From Geobacter metallireducens GS-15 (GTDB taxonomy: Bacteria; Desulfobacterota; Desulfuromonadia; Geobacterales; Geobacteraceae), in the NCBI RefSeq assembly GCF_000012925.1, contig NC_007517.1:1350001-1382000 (forward strand): a DNA stretch of 32,000 bases, in the 5' to 3' direction. Within the stretch, counting starts at the first letter, position 1; each line of letters opens with the position of its first letter. A program made the translations under genes and the position numbers. A model generated the notes under the pieces. It saw only the letters and a program-made list of their open reading frames with translations. It was not told the DNA's origin and did not search any database. Shown here in pieces: positions 22,309 to 29,642 of this stretch.

Positions 22309-25110
22309 ATGAAGAGGGGGGAGCCGTTGAAGGGGGAAGGCAAAAAGTTACGGATAGGTGAAGATACCCGGTCGACGGGCCGGAACAAACAGCACAGCAG
22401 CAGGGTAAAGGGGAGCGAAGAGGAAATTTCCTTTCTTGCCGATTTGCTTGAAGGCTCCGATCAGCCCTTTGGTATCGGTTACCCGGACGGAAGAATCGGC
22501 CACGTGAACGGCGCTTTCGAGCGGCTTACCGGCTACAGCAGGGAAGAATTGCGGGCCATGAACTGGAACAGCTCTCTCACCCCGCCCGAATGGCTGGACA
22601 GGGAACGGGCGATACGGGAGGAGATTTGCCGCACTGGCGAGTCCGTTAGGTATGAGAAGGAATATATCCGGAAAGATGGCGCTCGGATTCCGGTCGAACT
22701 TCTCGTCCATGTCAAAAAGGATGAAGCAGGCAGCCCCCTCTATTACTACTCCTTCATAACCGATATAACCGAGCGCAAGAGGCTCGATAATCAAATACAA
22801 CGTCTTTCCTATTTCCCACAGTTCAACCCGAATCCGATAGTCGAGACCGATTACGCCGGCAGGGTAACTGTCTGTAATCCGGCCACGCACAAGGTTCTTG
22901 AGAGCATCGGCGCGGGGGCCGATCCCGGCCTGTTTGTCCCCGCGGATCTGGGCACTATTCTCCATGAGTGGGACGGAAAAAGCGAAGCAAGCACTATCTG
23001 CGAGCTTTCCATCGGCACGAGGGTCTTCCGCGAGACCATTTTTTTTACTCCCCAGTTTCCTGTCGTGCGCATCTATGTCCACGATATCACCGATATCAGA
23101 AATGCCGAGAAGTCGCTGCGAGAAAACGAGGAACGGCTCCGGCTCTTCATCGAGCACGCTCCCGCAGGACTCGCGATGTTTGATCGCGATATGCGTTACC
23201 TGAACGTCAGCCGGCGCTGGCTGACCGACTACAGGCTCGGCGACCGTGATCTGCGCGGATTAAGCCACTACGAGGTTTTCCCGGAGATTCCCGAAGAGTG
23301 GAAGGAAGCCCAACGCCGCGGGCTGGCCGGGGAGGAACTACGGGCGGAAGGAGACCGTTTCATGCGGGCCGACGGCTCGCTGCAGTGGATACGGTGGGAG
23401 ATTCATCCCTGGCACGATTCGTCGGATCAAGTGGCTGGAATTGTTATTTTCTCCGAAGACATCACCGAGAGTAAGAAGGCAGAGGAAAAGATTTTACTGT
23501 TAAACCAGCAATTGGAACAGCGGGCAGCCGAGTCGCAGCTTATCCTCGACACCTCGCCCATCGGCCTGGCTATTGCCAACGATCCCCAAGGCGTCATGAT
23601 TCGGGGGAATCCGGCCCTGGAAAAGTTGCTTGGAGTAACGGCCGGCAGCGAACTTTCCAAAAATGCGTTCAACTCGGCAGGTTATCGGGTTTTCAAGAAT
23701 GGGGAGGCGATTGCTCCATCGCAATTGCCCATGCAACGGGCTGCCCGCGGTGAACCCGTTTCCGGAGAAACCCTCGACATCGTACGGGAGGATGGGACCG
23801 GTCTGAATCTGTACTGTTCCGCAGCAACGCTGCGGGATAATGAAGGAAAGCCATGCGGGGCCGTCGGTGCCTTTATGGATATAACCGAACGCAAGGAGTT
23901 GGAGGATGTTGTCATCAAGAGCCAGCTCGACACCTATGCCATCCTTGACAACATCCCCTTTAATGCCTGGCTCAAGGACACGGAAGGTCGCTATGTGAAG
24001 GTGAATTGGCAGTTCGCTACATTCTGCGGCTACACATCGCCGAAAGAGGTTGTCGGGAAAACGGACATGGACCTCTGGCCTATGCACATGGCCGAGGCAT
24101 ATTGCGCCGACGATCAGGACGTCATGAGGAGCGGCCAGAGAAAATTAATCGAAGAACAGGTTGTTGAGCATGGAGAGGAGAGGTGGTTTGAAACGTTCAA
24201 GGCACCCCGGTTTGACCAGAACGGCACGGTCATCGGCACGACCGGTATTGCCAAAGACATCACCGAAGCCAAGAGGGCCGTGGAAGCTTTGCAGTCTATC
24301 CGCAACGAACTGGAGCAGAAGGTTGCGGAGCGAACCTGGGAGCTTGCTACCGCGCTCAATGACTTGCGAAAAGAGAGCTCTGACCGTATCCAGGCTCTGG
24401 AGGCGCTCCGCGAACAGGAGCGGCTTCTCATCCATCAGGGGCGTCTCGCGGCCATGGGGGAGATGATCGGCAATATCGCGCATCAGTGGCGGCAGCCGTT
24501 GAATACGCTGGGGCTCATCATTCAGGGGCTCTCCATGAGTGAAGAGTTGGGCGAGCTCACGAAAGACCACCTTGATGAAAGAGTTAACCGGGCCATGCAG
24601 CTGATTTATCACATGTCCCAGACCATCGACGACTTCAGGAATTTCTTCAGGCCCGACAAGGAAAAAGTCCGGTTTGAAATGAAGCAGGCGATCAATAACG
24701 CTCTTTCCCTTATGGGAGATAACTTCAGGAGTCTCGGGATAGAGGTTTCGTGCGACTCCCCACAGGACATGTCTATCGCCGGATATCCCAATGAATTTTC
24801 CCAAGCACTCCTCAATATTCTCATGAATGCCCGGGATGTCCTCCAGGAGCGGAAAGTGGAGGCCCCGCGTGTCTTGGTGCGTCTGTTCGCGGAAGATAAC
24901 CGCGCTGTGGTCACCATTGCGGACAATGGTGGTGGTATTGATAGGGAGATCATTGGAAAGGTATTCGATCCGTACTTCACCTCAAAGGGCCCGAGCAGCG
25001 GTACAGGGCTCGGGCTCTTCATCGCGAAGACCATTATCGAAAAGAACATGGGTGGTACGCTCACCGTGCGCAATAGCGGCGAAGGAGCGGAATTCAGGAT
25101 AGAGGTCTGA
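22309..25110 (+). CDS. Cytoplasmic multi-PAS sensor histidine kinase (933 aa)
   Basis: Repeated PAS/PAC modules each end in a motif such as FITDITERKRL, VHDITDIRNAE, FSEDITESKKAE, FMDITERKELE or IAKDITEAKRA. The H-box is NIAHQWRQPLNTL and the HATPase_c motifs are LMNARDV, DNGGGI and GTGLGLF. The start is uncertain because the RBS is weak; an alternative TTG lies at 22327. Confidence 0.88.
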   Translation: MKRGEPLKGEGKKLRIGEDTRSTGRNKQHSSRVKGSEEEISFLADLLEGSDQPFGIGYPDGRIGHVNGAFERLTGYSREELRAMNWNSSLTPPEWLDRERAIREEICRTGESVRYEKEYIRKDGARIPVELLVHVKKDEAGSPLYYYSFITDITERKRLDNQIQRLSYFPQFNPNPIVETDYAGRVTVCNPATHKVLESIGAGADPGLFVPADLGTILHEWDGKSEASTICELSIGTRVFRETIFFTPQFPVVRIYVHDITDIRNAEKSLRENEERLRLFIEHAPAGLAMFDRDMRYLNVSRRWLTDYRLGDRDLRGLSHYEVFPEIPEEWKEAQRRGLAGEELRAEGDRFMRADGSLQWIRWEIHPWHDSSDQVAGIVIFSEDITESKKAEEKILLLNQQLEQRAAESQLILDTSPIGLAIANDPQGVMIRGNPALEKLLGVTAGSELSKNAFNSAGYRVFKNGEAIAPSQLPMQRAARGEPVSGETLDIVREDGTGLNLYCSAATLRDNEGKPCGAVGAFMDITERKELEDVVIKSQLDTYAILDNIPFNAWLKDTEGRYVKVNWQFATFCGYTSPKEVVGKTDMDLWPMHMAEAYCADDQDVMRSGQRKLIEEQVVEHGEERWFETFKAPRFDQNGTVIGTTGIAKDITEAKRAVEALQSIRNELEQKVAERTWELATALNDLRKESSDRIQALEALREQERLLIHQGRLAAMGEMIGNIAHQWRQPLNTLGLIIQGLSMSEELGELTKDHLDERVNRAMQLIYHMSQTIDDFRNFFRPDKEKVRFEMKQAINNALSLMGDNFRSLGIEVSCDSPQDMSIAGYPNEFSQALLNILMNARDVLQERKVEAPRVLVRLFAEDNRAVVTIADNGGGIDREIIGKVFDPYFTSKGPSSGTGLGLFIAKTIIEKNMGGTLTVRNSGEGAEFRIEV

Positions 25111-25111
25111 A

Positions 25112-26302
25112 ATGGAATTCCAGCAATACCCGGATGTTCGTCTGTCACTTCTTTACGTGGAGGATGAACCCGAGATCAGGGAGCTTCTCAGGAGTGTGTT
25201 GGTAAGGAAATTCCCCAATGTGGATATCCAGACTGCAGAAAATGGCATGGCCGGATTGGAGCTGTTCAGGGAACAACGGCCGGATATCATTCTGACCGAT
25301 ATCCGCATGCCGGTCATGGATGGTATCCAGATGACCCGCAGGATACTGGAAGAGGACCCGGCAGTAAGTGTCATCATCATTTCTGCCTGCAGTGAAACGG
25401 ACTACCTGCTGGAGGCCATCAAGATGGGGATCAACAGGTATGTGCTGAAACCCATTAACCACAAGCTGCTCTTTGAGGCTATCGACGACTGCGCCGCCCG
25501 AATCATTCACGGACGTCAGGTCAAGGCGCAGAACGAGTTGATTCGCCGACTGAATGAAGAACTGGAGCAGCGCGTTGCGGATCGCACCGCCGAGCTTGAG
25601 GCCTCAAACCGCGAACTCCAGGCTTTCTGCTACTCGGTCGCCCACGACCTGAGCACTCCCCTGCGAGGAATAAACGGCTACAGTAACATCCTCCTTGAAG
25701 AGTATTCCGACAAGCTCGATGATGAGGGCAAGAGCTATCTCGAACGGATGGGGGCGGCGGCCGAGAGGATGGGGCAGTTGATCAACGACCTTCTCGAGCT
25801 TTCCCGGGTTACGCGCAGAGAATTGCATCGGGAGAAGATTGACCTCAGTCATCTTGCTCACCGTATCGTTATGGATCTGCAACAGCATGATCCAGACCGC
25901 CAGGCTGAAGTCATCATTGCCGAAAACATTATGGACGAAGGCGACCCGATTCTCATCCGGCTGGCACTGGAAAATCTCCTTGGCAATGCATGGAAATACA
26001 CCACCAGGGTTTCCAGTCCCAGAATCGAATTTGGGACATGTATCACCAATGGCGAAACGGTCTATTTTGTCAGCGACAATGGTATCGGTTTCGATATGGC
26101 CTACGTCCATAAGCTTTTCATCCCGTTTCAGAGGCTGCATGGTATGGGCGAGTACGGAGGGACCGGCGTCGGCCTGGCTGCGGTGCAACGGATCATCTCA
26201 CGGCACGGCGGTAGGATTTGGGCCGAGGGCGAACCGGGAAAGGGCGCGACGTTCTATTTCAGCCTCAGACGTCCAGCAGCCGGGGCCCTCGTGGAAAGTT
26301 AG
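25112..26302 (+). CDS. Hybrid response-regulator/histidine kinase (REC, coiled coil, HisKA, HATPase_c)
   Basis: The REC domain has LLYVEDEPEI, DIILTDIRMPVMDG and ISACSE..K. The H-box is SVAHDLSTPLRGI, followed by DNGIGFD and GTGVGLAAV. The ATG lies 1 nt after the upstream stop, so the two genes form an operon. Confidence 0.9.
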   Translation: MEFQQYPDVRLSLLYVEDEPEIRELLRSVLVRKFPNVDIQTAENGMAGLELFREQRPDIILTDIRMPVMDGIQMTRRILEEDPAVSVIIISACSETDYLLEAIKMGINRYVLKPINHKLLFEAIDDCAARIIHGRQVKAQNELIRRLNEELEQRVADRTAELEASNRELQAFCYSVAHDLSTPLRGINGYSNILLEEYSDKLDDEGKSYLERMGAAAERMGQLINDLLELSRVTRRELHREKIDLSHLAHRIVMDLQQHDPDRQAEVIIAENIMDEGDPILIRLALENLLGNAWKYTTRVSSPRIEFGTCITNGETVYFVSDNGIGFDMAYVHKLFIPFQRLHGMGEYGGTGVGLAAVQRIISRHGGRIWAEGEPGKGATFYFSLRRPAAGALVES

Positions 26303-26392
26303 CTTGATGCAGCATTTGTGTAAGGAGGGGGAGGGTGATAATCGAGGCAGGAGAACGGACAGAGGTGGGCATTTAGATATATTAAGGCAATG

Positions 26393-26435
26393 AAAAAAGG
26401 GGTTAGCTACCGCAGTTGCTAACCCCTTGATTTTC
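26393..26435. terminator. Bidirectional hairpin terminator between the kinase operon and tRNA-Leu
   Basis: AAGGGGTTAGC-taccgcagtt-GCTAACCCCTT is flanked by an A-run on the left and gaTTTTct on the right. This supplies a U-tract in both reading directions. Confidence 0.7.
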
Positions 26436-26522
26436 TGGTGCCGAAGACTGGACTCGAACCAGCACACGGTTGCCCGCACAAGAACCTGAATCTTGCGTGT
26501 CTACCAATTCCACCACTTCGGC
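26436..26522 (-). tRNA. tRNA-Leu (anticodon CAG), class II with a long variable arm, CCA encoded
   Basis: The reverse complement is GCCGAAG TG GTGG AATTGGTAGA CACG CAAGA TTCAGGT TCTTG TGCGGGCAACCGTGT GCTGG TTCGAGT CCAGT CTTCGGC A CCA. The acceptor stem GCCGAAG/CTTCGGC has 7 bp. The anticodon loop TTCAGGT gives CAG. The T-loop is TTCGAGT. Confidence 0.95.
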
Positions 26523-26535
26523 GCTAGGACTTAAA

Positions 26536-26564
26536 TCTATAGCACCGTCGTTAATCGATTGCAA
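26536..26564 (-). promoter_or_regulatory. Sigma70-like promoter for tRNA-Leu
   Basis: The minus strand reads TTGCAA, a 17-nt spacer, then TATAGA. The -10 ends 13 nt before the mature 5' end. Confidence 0.5.
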
Positions 26565-26612
26565 GGAATTTTTAGGCTGCCGATCGTCGTGGTTATGGGT
26601 TTCTGGTGATGG

Positions 26613-27044
26613 TCACTCTGCTCGACGTGTAGACTGATGGCCTTTGTTGTGGGAAAGCGCTTCGAGGAGTTGTTCAAAGAGGCGCTGGAAGTTGAATGGC
26701 TTGCCAAATACCTCACGGATTCCGACGGCGGTTGCCCGTTCTTCGATTCCCGGGTAGAGGTGTCCGGTTCCCATGAATATTATCAGCTCCGGTTGGAGGC
26801 GCCTGGCGTGCTGGGCCAGTTCAAATCCATCCATCCCCGGCATGTTCTGGTCGGTGAGAAGGACTCCATAGGACCTTTCTGCAAGCAGTCCGAGGGCATC
26901 TTCGCCCCTTTCGGCGCATGTGACGTCTATCCCCTCGGTTTCCAGGGCCAGTTTCATGAAAAAGAGGACATCGCGGTCATCGTCAACGACGAGGATGCGT
27001 GTTGGCCGGATAGTGGCAGTCCTGTGCCCTTGAGTCGGGTTCAT
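26613..27044 (-). CDS. Single-domain CheY-like response regulator
   Basis: 143 aa with ILVVDDDRDV, VLLTDQNMPGMDG, a downstream conserved Thr/Lys context, and no output domain. AAGGAA RBS. Confidence 0.88.
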   Translation of the reverse strand: MNPTQGHRTATIRPTRILVVDDDRDVLFFMKLALETEGIDVTCAERGEDALGLLAERSYGVLLTDQNMPGMDGFELAQHARRLQPELIIFMGTGHLYPGIEERATAVGIREVFGKPFNFQRLFEQLLEALSHNKGHQSTRRAE

Positions 27045-27084
27045 GGGGATTCCTTGTGGTCGTATGGGGTGGTGTGGCGTGCCG

Positions 27085-27159
27085 TGTCAATGTGTGACTA
27101 TTTATCGTATTTGTCAATATTAAAAATGACATATTGTCATATTTTTAATCGCGTTGACA
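27085..27159. promoter_or_regulatory. Array of TGTCA/TGACA half-sites (operator-like) in the divergent intergenic region
   Basis: Half-sites are TGTCA 27085, TGAC 27095, TGTCA 27112, TGACA 27127, TGTCA 27135 and TGACA 27155. The array includes the perfect palindrome TGACAtatTGTCA (27127-27139), embedded in AT-rich near-palindromic flanks (ATTAAAAAT...ATTTTTAAT). Confidence 0.5.
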
Positions 27160-27182
27160 CCGGGGGGAGAAAGGGGTATATG
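27154..27182 (+). promoter_or_regulatory. Sigma70-like promoter candidate for the XRE-family regulator
   Basis: TTGACA (27154-27159), a 17-nt spacer, then TATATG (27177-27182). The -10 lacks the final T, so confidence is modest. Confidence 0.35.
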
Positions 27183-27269
27183 AGCTTATTTGCGCGCTGG
27201 GTCAAACCTGCGTCGCTCTGGAATTACCGATGCTTGTCGCGTTGCAGAAGGAAACCCTGGGAGTTGCCG

Positions 27270-27701
27270 TTGAGCTGTGATATCGGGCGAGAACTTAAAA
27301 GGTTGAGGAAAGACCGGGAACTGACGCAGAAGGATTTGGCTGCCCGGGTGGATGGCGGTCTCGACTATACCTATATCGGGAAGATCGAGCGGGGGGAGCA
27401 ACTCCCGTCCCTCAAAATGCTCATGGGGTTGAGCGCCGCGCTCGGAGTGCCTGTCAGTCATTTTTTTCAGGAGGAATCGCCGGCAACGAACTCTCCGCTT
27501 CGCATGGCTGACTCCGACGTGAAGTCCATGGAGCTACACAAGGAGTTGCGCCAACTTCATCCTGACGATATCCCCCTGGTGGTTGACATTGTCAGGGTGC
27601 TGAACCGCCATCGAAAGGCCGAACGGAAAAGAGCCTATCAACCTGCAACCGAAGCGCTCCCTCTTGCAGCAGAGGATGGTCCGTCCTACAGAAAGTCCTG
27701 A
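27270..27701 (+). CDS. XRE-family helix-turn-helix transcriptional regulator
   Basis: HTH_XRE core: IGRELKRLRKDRELTQKDLAARVDGGLDYTYIGKIERGEQLPSLKMLMGLSAALGVPVSHFF. The preferred start is TTG 27270, behind GGGAG plus 6 nt. An in-frame ATG at 27180 would add 30 Trp/Cys/Arg-rich residues and would sit inside the putative -10. The 354-aa track ORF from 26637 is mostly antisense to the response regulator. Confidence 0.75.
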   Translation: MSCDIGRELKRLRKDRELTQKDLAARVDGGLDYTYIGKIERGEQLPSLKMLMGLSAALGVPVSHFFQEESPATNSPLRMADSDVKSMELHKELRQLHPDDIPLVVDIVRVLNRHRKAERKRAYQPATEALPLAAEDGPSYRKS

Positions 27702-27706
27702 TCTCC

Positions 27707-28489
27707 ATGACCTCTCCCGCATCTCCATCCGGAATCCGCAACAGGGAGCGCCTCGACAAGCTCCTGGTGGACCGGGGGCTCGTTCAGTCCCGGGAGCGTG
27801 CCCGCGCCCTCATCATGGCTGGCCAGGTGGTGGTGAACGACCATCTGGCGGACAAAGCTGGAACCCAGGTGCCCCTGGACGCCGATATCCGCCTCAAGGG
27901 GGAGGATATCCCCTTTGTGAGCCGCGGCGGGCTCAAGCTTGCCCGGGCACTTGACGAGTTCGGCCTCGACGTGACGGACATGGTTGCCATCGACGTGGGG
28001 GCTTCCACCGGCGGCTTCACCGATTGCCTGCTCCAGCGAGGGGCCCGCAAGGTCTACGCCGTTGACGTGGGGTACGGCCAGCTGGCCTGGAAACTCCGTC
28101 AGGACCCGCGCGTGGTGAACCTCGAGAAGACCAACATCCGGTACCTGGAGCCGGACGCACTCCCTGAGGTTCCTGACCTGGCAGTCATCGACGCCTCGTT
28201 CATCTCCCTAGACAAGGTGCTCCCCCCGACCCTTCGCCTCATTCGTGACGGCGGCGCCGTTGTCGCGCTCATTAAGCCCCAGTTCGAGGTGGGAAAGGGC
28301 GAAGTGGGGAAAGGGGGGGTCGTGCGGGATGAAGGGAAGCACCGGGAGGTGGTTGACAATGTCGTTGCCCTGGCCGAATCCCTCGATCTTCAGGTGGGGG
28401 GCATAACCGAATCGCCGATTCTCGGGCCGAAGGGGAACCGGGAATTTCTGATCCATCTGATTAAACGGCACATTTCCCCTAATTCATAA
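27707..28489 (+). CDS. tlyA: TlyA-family rRNA 2'-O-methyltransferase (haemolysin A-like)
   Basis: An S4 domain (RLDKLLVDRGLVQSRERARALIMAGQVVVN), the FtsJ-like SAM motif IDVGASTGGFTD, and the motifs DASFISL and KPQFE. Confidence 0.9.
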   Translation: MTSPASPSGIRNRERLDKLLVDRGLVQSRERARALIMAGQVVVNDHLADKAGTQVPLDADIRLKGEDIPFVSRGGLKLARALDEFGLDVTDMVAIDVGASTGGFTDCLLQRGARKVYAVDVGYGQLAWKLRQDPRVVNLEKTNIRYLEPDALPEVPDLAVIDASFISLDKVLPPTLRLIRDGGAVVALIKPQFEVGKGEVGKGGVVRDEGKHREVVDNVVALAESLDLQVGGITESPILGPKGNREFLIHLIKRHISPNS

Positions 28490-28511
28490 CCTCAAACCCA
28501 TCACATCGATT

Positions 28512-29642
28512 ATGACCATCCGTATTCTCCATACCGCCGATCTCCATTTGGGCTCTTCCCTGAAGAATTTTGGGGAATTGGCCCGGGAACGCCGGCGCGA
28601 TTTTCTCAAGACCTTCGACCGGATCGTGAACCTCGCCATCAAGCGCGAAGTCGATTGCCTCCTGGTGGCTGGCGATCTCTTTGATGCCACACAGGTGGAC
28701 GCCGAAACCGTGGGGCGCGTTCAGGACGGCTTTGAACGCCTCTCGGGACGTGGCATCAGCGTGGTTCTTATCCCCGGTACCCACGACAACGTGGTCTCAG
28801 CCGAAAGCGTCTACAACCGTACTACCTTCGCCGGCGCCCATATCCTGAAAGATCCTGTGGTGACGGACCCCTTCGCGCTGGAAATTCGGGGGGCGACGGT
28901 CCATTTCTACGGGTTCGCCTACCGCTCCGACCGCTCCCGGGAGGCCTTGGAATCGATGCGACGCCGCGAGGGAGGGGGGATTCACGTGGGGCTCCTCCAC
29001 GGCTCTCTCAAGGGAAGCCCCGAGTGGGAAATGCGGAAGAAGGATATCCCGTTTACGACGGCGGAACTGGCGGCACTGGGGCTCGACTATATCGCCCTCG
29101 GCCACTATCACAACGTGGGGTGCCTGGAGGATCAGGGACGGGTCGTTGCCTGCTATCCCGGCTCCCCCGAGGGAAAGAAGTTCGGCGAGAACGGCGAGCG
29201 CCACGTCCTCATTGTCGAGGTGGGGGAGGGGAGCGCAGTTGTCGAGAAGGTGCCGGTGCAGAGCCGCATCATGGACGAGTTGACGGTTGACGCCTCCCTC
29301 TTCCCCGAGGCGGGTGCCCTGGAGGGAGAACTTGCGCGGCTCGCCTCTCCTGATCTCATTGCCCGCATCCGGCTCGCGGGCACCGTGGAGGACCCCCTCG
29401 ACATCGCGAATCTGGCGGGCCGGCTCCAGGGGACGTACGCCTGGCTCGAGCTTCTGGACGAGACCGAGATCTACAACAGCGACCATGTGAAGCGGATGGA
29501 ACGGGAGGACTCGATCCGGGGGCTCTTCATCCGGAAGGTCCATGCCCGGTTCGAGAAAGCGGAATCCGAGGCCGAGCAGGAACTCTGCCGCGATGCCCTG
29601 AAGCTCGTCATGGGCCGCTTCATGCGAGGGGGGGGAGACTGA
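28512..29642 (+). CDS. sbcD: Mre11/SbcD-like metallophosphoesterase (DNA repair exonuclease)
   Basis: Motifs ILHTADLHLG, LLVAGDLFD, IPGTHD and GHYH. The stop overlaps the start of the downstream ATPase gene (TGATG). Confidence 0.8.
   Translation: MTIRILHTADLHLGSSLKNFGELARERRRDFLKTFDRIVNLAIKREVDCLLVAGDLFDATQVDAETVGRVQDGFERLSGRGISVVLIPGTHDNVVSAESVYNRTTFAGAHILKDPVVTDPFALEIRGATVHFYGFAYRSDRSREALESMRRREGGGIHVGLLHGSLKGSPEWEMRKKDIPFTTAELAALGLDYIALGHYHNVGCLEDQGRVVACYPGSPEGKKFGENGERHVLIVEVGEGSAVVEKVPVQSRIMDELTVDASLFPEAGALEGELARLASPDLIARIRLAGTVEDPLDIANLAGRLQGTYAWLELLDETEIYNSDHVKRMEREDSIRGLFIRKVHARFEKAESEAEQELCRDALKLVMGRFMRGGGD

Noticed and set aside
26637-27269. N-terminal two thirds of the 354-aa + strand ORF (26637-27701)
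   Set aside because: The 26637-27044 part is antisense to a bona fide CheY-like receiver gene, and the rest crosses the AT-rich promoter and operator region. Only the C-terminal HTH part (from 27270, or at most 27180) is credible.
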